Source: Eledone cirrhosa
Lineage: Eukaryota
Direction of reading: 5' to 3'
DNA: 50,332 bases
Assembly (NCBI GenBank): GCA_964016885.1
Contig: CAXHJY010001443.1
Location: 1 to 50,332 of the forward strand
The notes under the pieces were generated by a model. The model searched no databases. It was not told where the DNA came from and saw only the letters and a list, made by a program, of their open reading frames with translations. A program made the translations under genes and the position numbers. Below are positions 49,421-50,332 of this stretch, in pieces. Each line of letters starts with the position of its first letter. Within the stretch, counting starts at the first letter, position 1.

Positions 49421-49668
49421 ACGTTCCCTGGCAAAGAACGGCAAAAAACGAATAATACGTCATTAATAGGAGCGGTGAAAAACAATTACGCGCAAAGACA
49501 TAACCACGTTTATGGTATAAAAGAGGTCGTAGACTAATTTTGTCTTAGGTGGTGCATAGAGACGTTCTCTGGCAATGAACGAAAAAAAAACGAAGATTAT
49601 ACGTCAATGTGGGGCGTGGAGAACAAAACCACGTAAATTTTAGAGCAGAAGTCGTAGACTAAAATTCT
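49421..49668. repeat. Imperfect two-unit direct repeat (~140-bp period)
   Basis: ACGTTC.CTGGCAA.GAACG..AAAAAACGAA..ATACGTCA ... ACCACGT ... GTCGTAGACTAA at 49421 and 49562. Confidence 0.7.
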
Positions 49669-50332
49669 AACTAGGAGACCGAATGCATCTCCGCTTCAGG
49701 GTTAAGAACAAAGTAAATAAATACAATACAGAAGTAATAGAAATTAAATAAATACACGCATACAAATACGTACATACACAAGCATACGCGAAGACACTTA
49801 CCATGGGTATACAAAACCACGCACATATAAATATGTGTGTGTGAGTATGCGTGTATACAAATAAATAAATAATTAAATAAACGTATATAAATAAATACGT
49901 ATATAACAAGCGTACACACATACCTACATGTAAATACAAAAATGTTCGGGGACGTAAGTCAACCAAAACATGAAGTACACATATACACACACCCTACATA
50001 CGTACGAACCTGCATACACACACAGACGCAAAACTCCCGTATACACATAACCAAACCATATGTACCAGAATATATTAAATTATACGCCATAACATATACA
50101 ATCAATTATACGTACGAGAAGGTATACGTACCTTCACAAAACATACAGGTAATATATACTTACCTATGCAAATAAGTAATGGTATAAACAAAACATATAC
50201 TTAGCTACCACATCAAGACGTACAATATCCACGTATAGATCGTACTATCCGTTAGGGTATAACGTGGGGCTGTAATACAGGAAAGTTTTGTGCAATTTAT
50301 GTTTACAAGCCGAAATTGCCTCAGATTTTTTG

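Noticed and set aside
49668-49705. CTGAAGC followed by GGAGA/TCTCC hairpin on the minus strand
   Set aside because: Core mismatch and no GAAA after the stem

Overview
Eukaryotic, extremely AT-rich DNA, most likely octopus/cephalopod (inferred from the SINE and LINE types, not verified). About half the window is degenerate (TA)n and (TA/TACA)n microsatellite, so nearly all 'YIYI' ORFs in the track are artefacts. No host gene is evident. The unique islands are almost all retroelements. (1) A near full-length Naiad-type Penelope-like element (PLE; RT plus C-terminal GIY-YIG, 2 homopolymer frameshifts) inside a 10 kb tail-out inverted composite, 5631-15707. (2) A CR1-group LINE with an intact 1013-aa ORF2 and an ORF1 carrying a Myb/SANT-like and a CCCH motif. 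(3) A second, 5'-truncated Naiad with an inverted pLTR. (4) An RTE LINE with three C-terminal C2H2 fingers. (5) Three copies of a ~610 bp bipartite non-autonomous RTE derivative. (6) A 5'-truncated second CR1-like LINE. (7) Two tRNA-type SINEs. The main unannotated signal is a set of at least 7 distinct type I hammerhead ribozyme families (14 copies, folded by eye). Most sit in fold-back or palindromic islands within (TA)n. They include one with a ~116-nt stem II, a bare 54-nt ribozyme repeated at ~1.55 kb spacing in pure (TA)n, and a 253-nt retrozyme-like monomer with an octamer motif.
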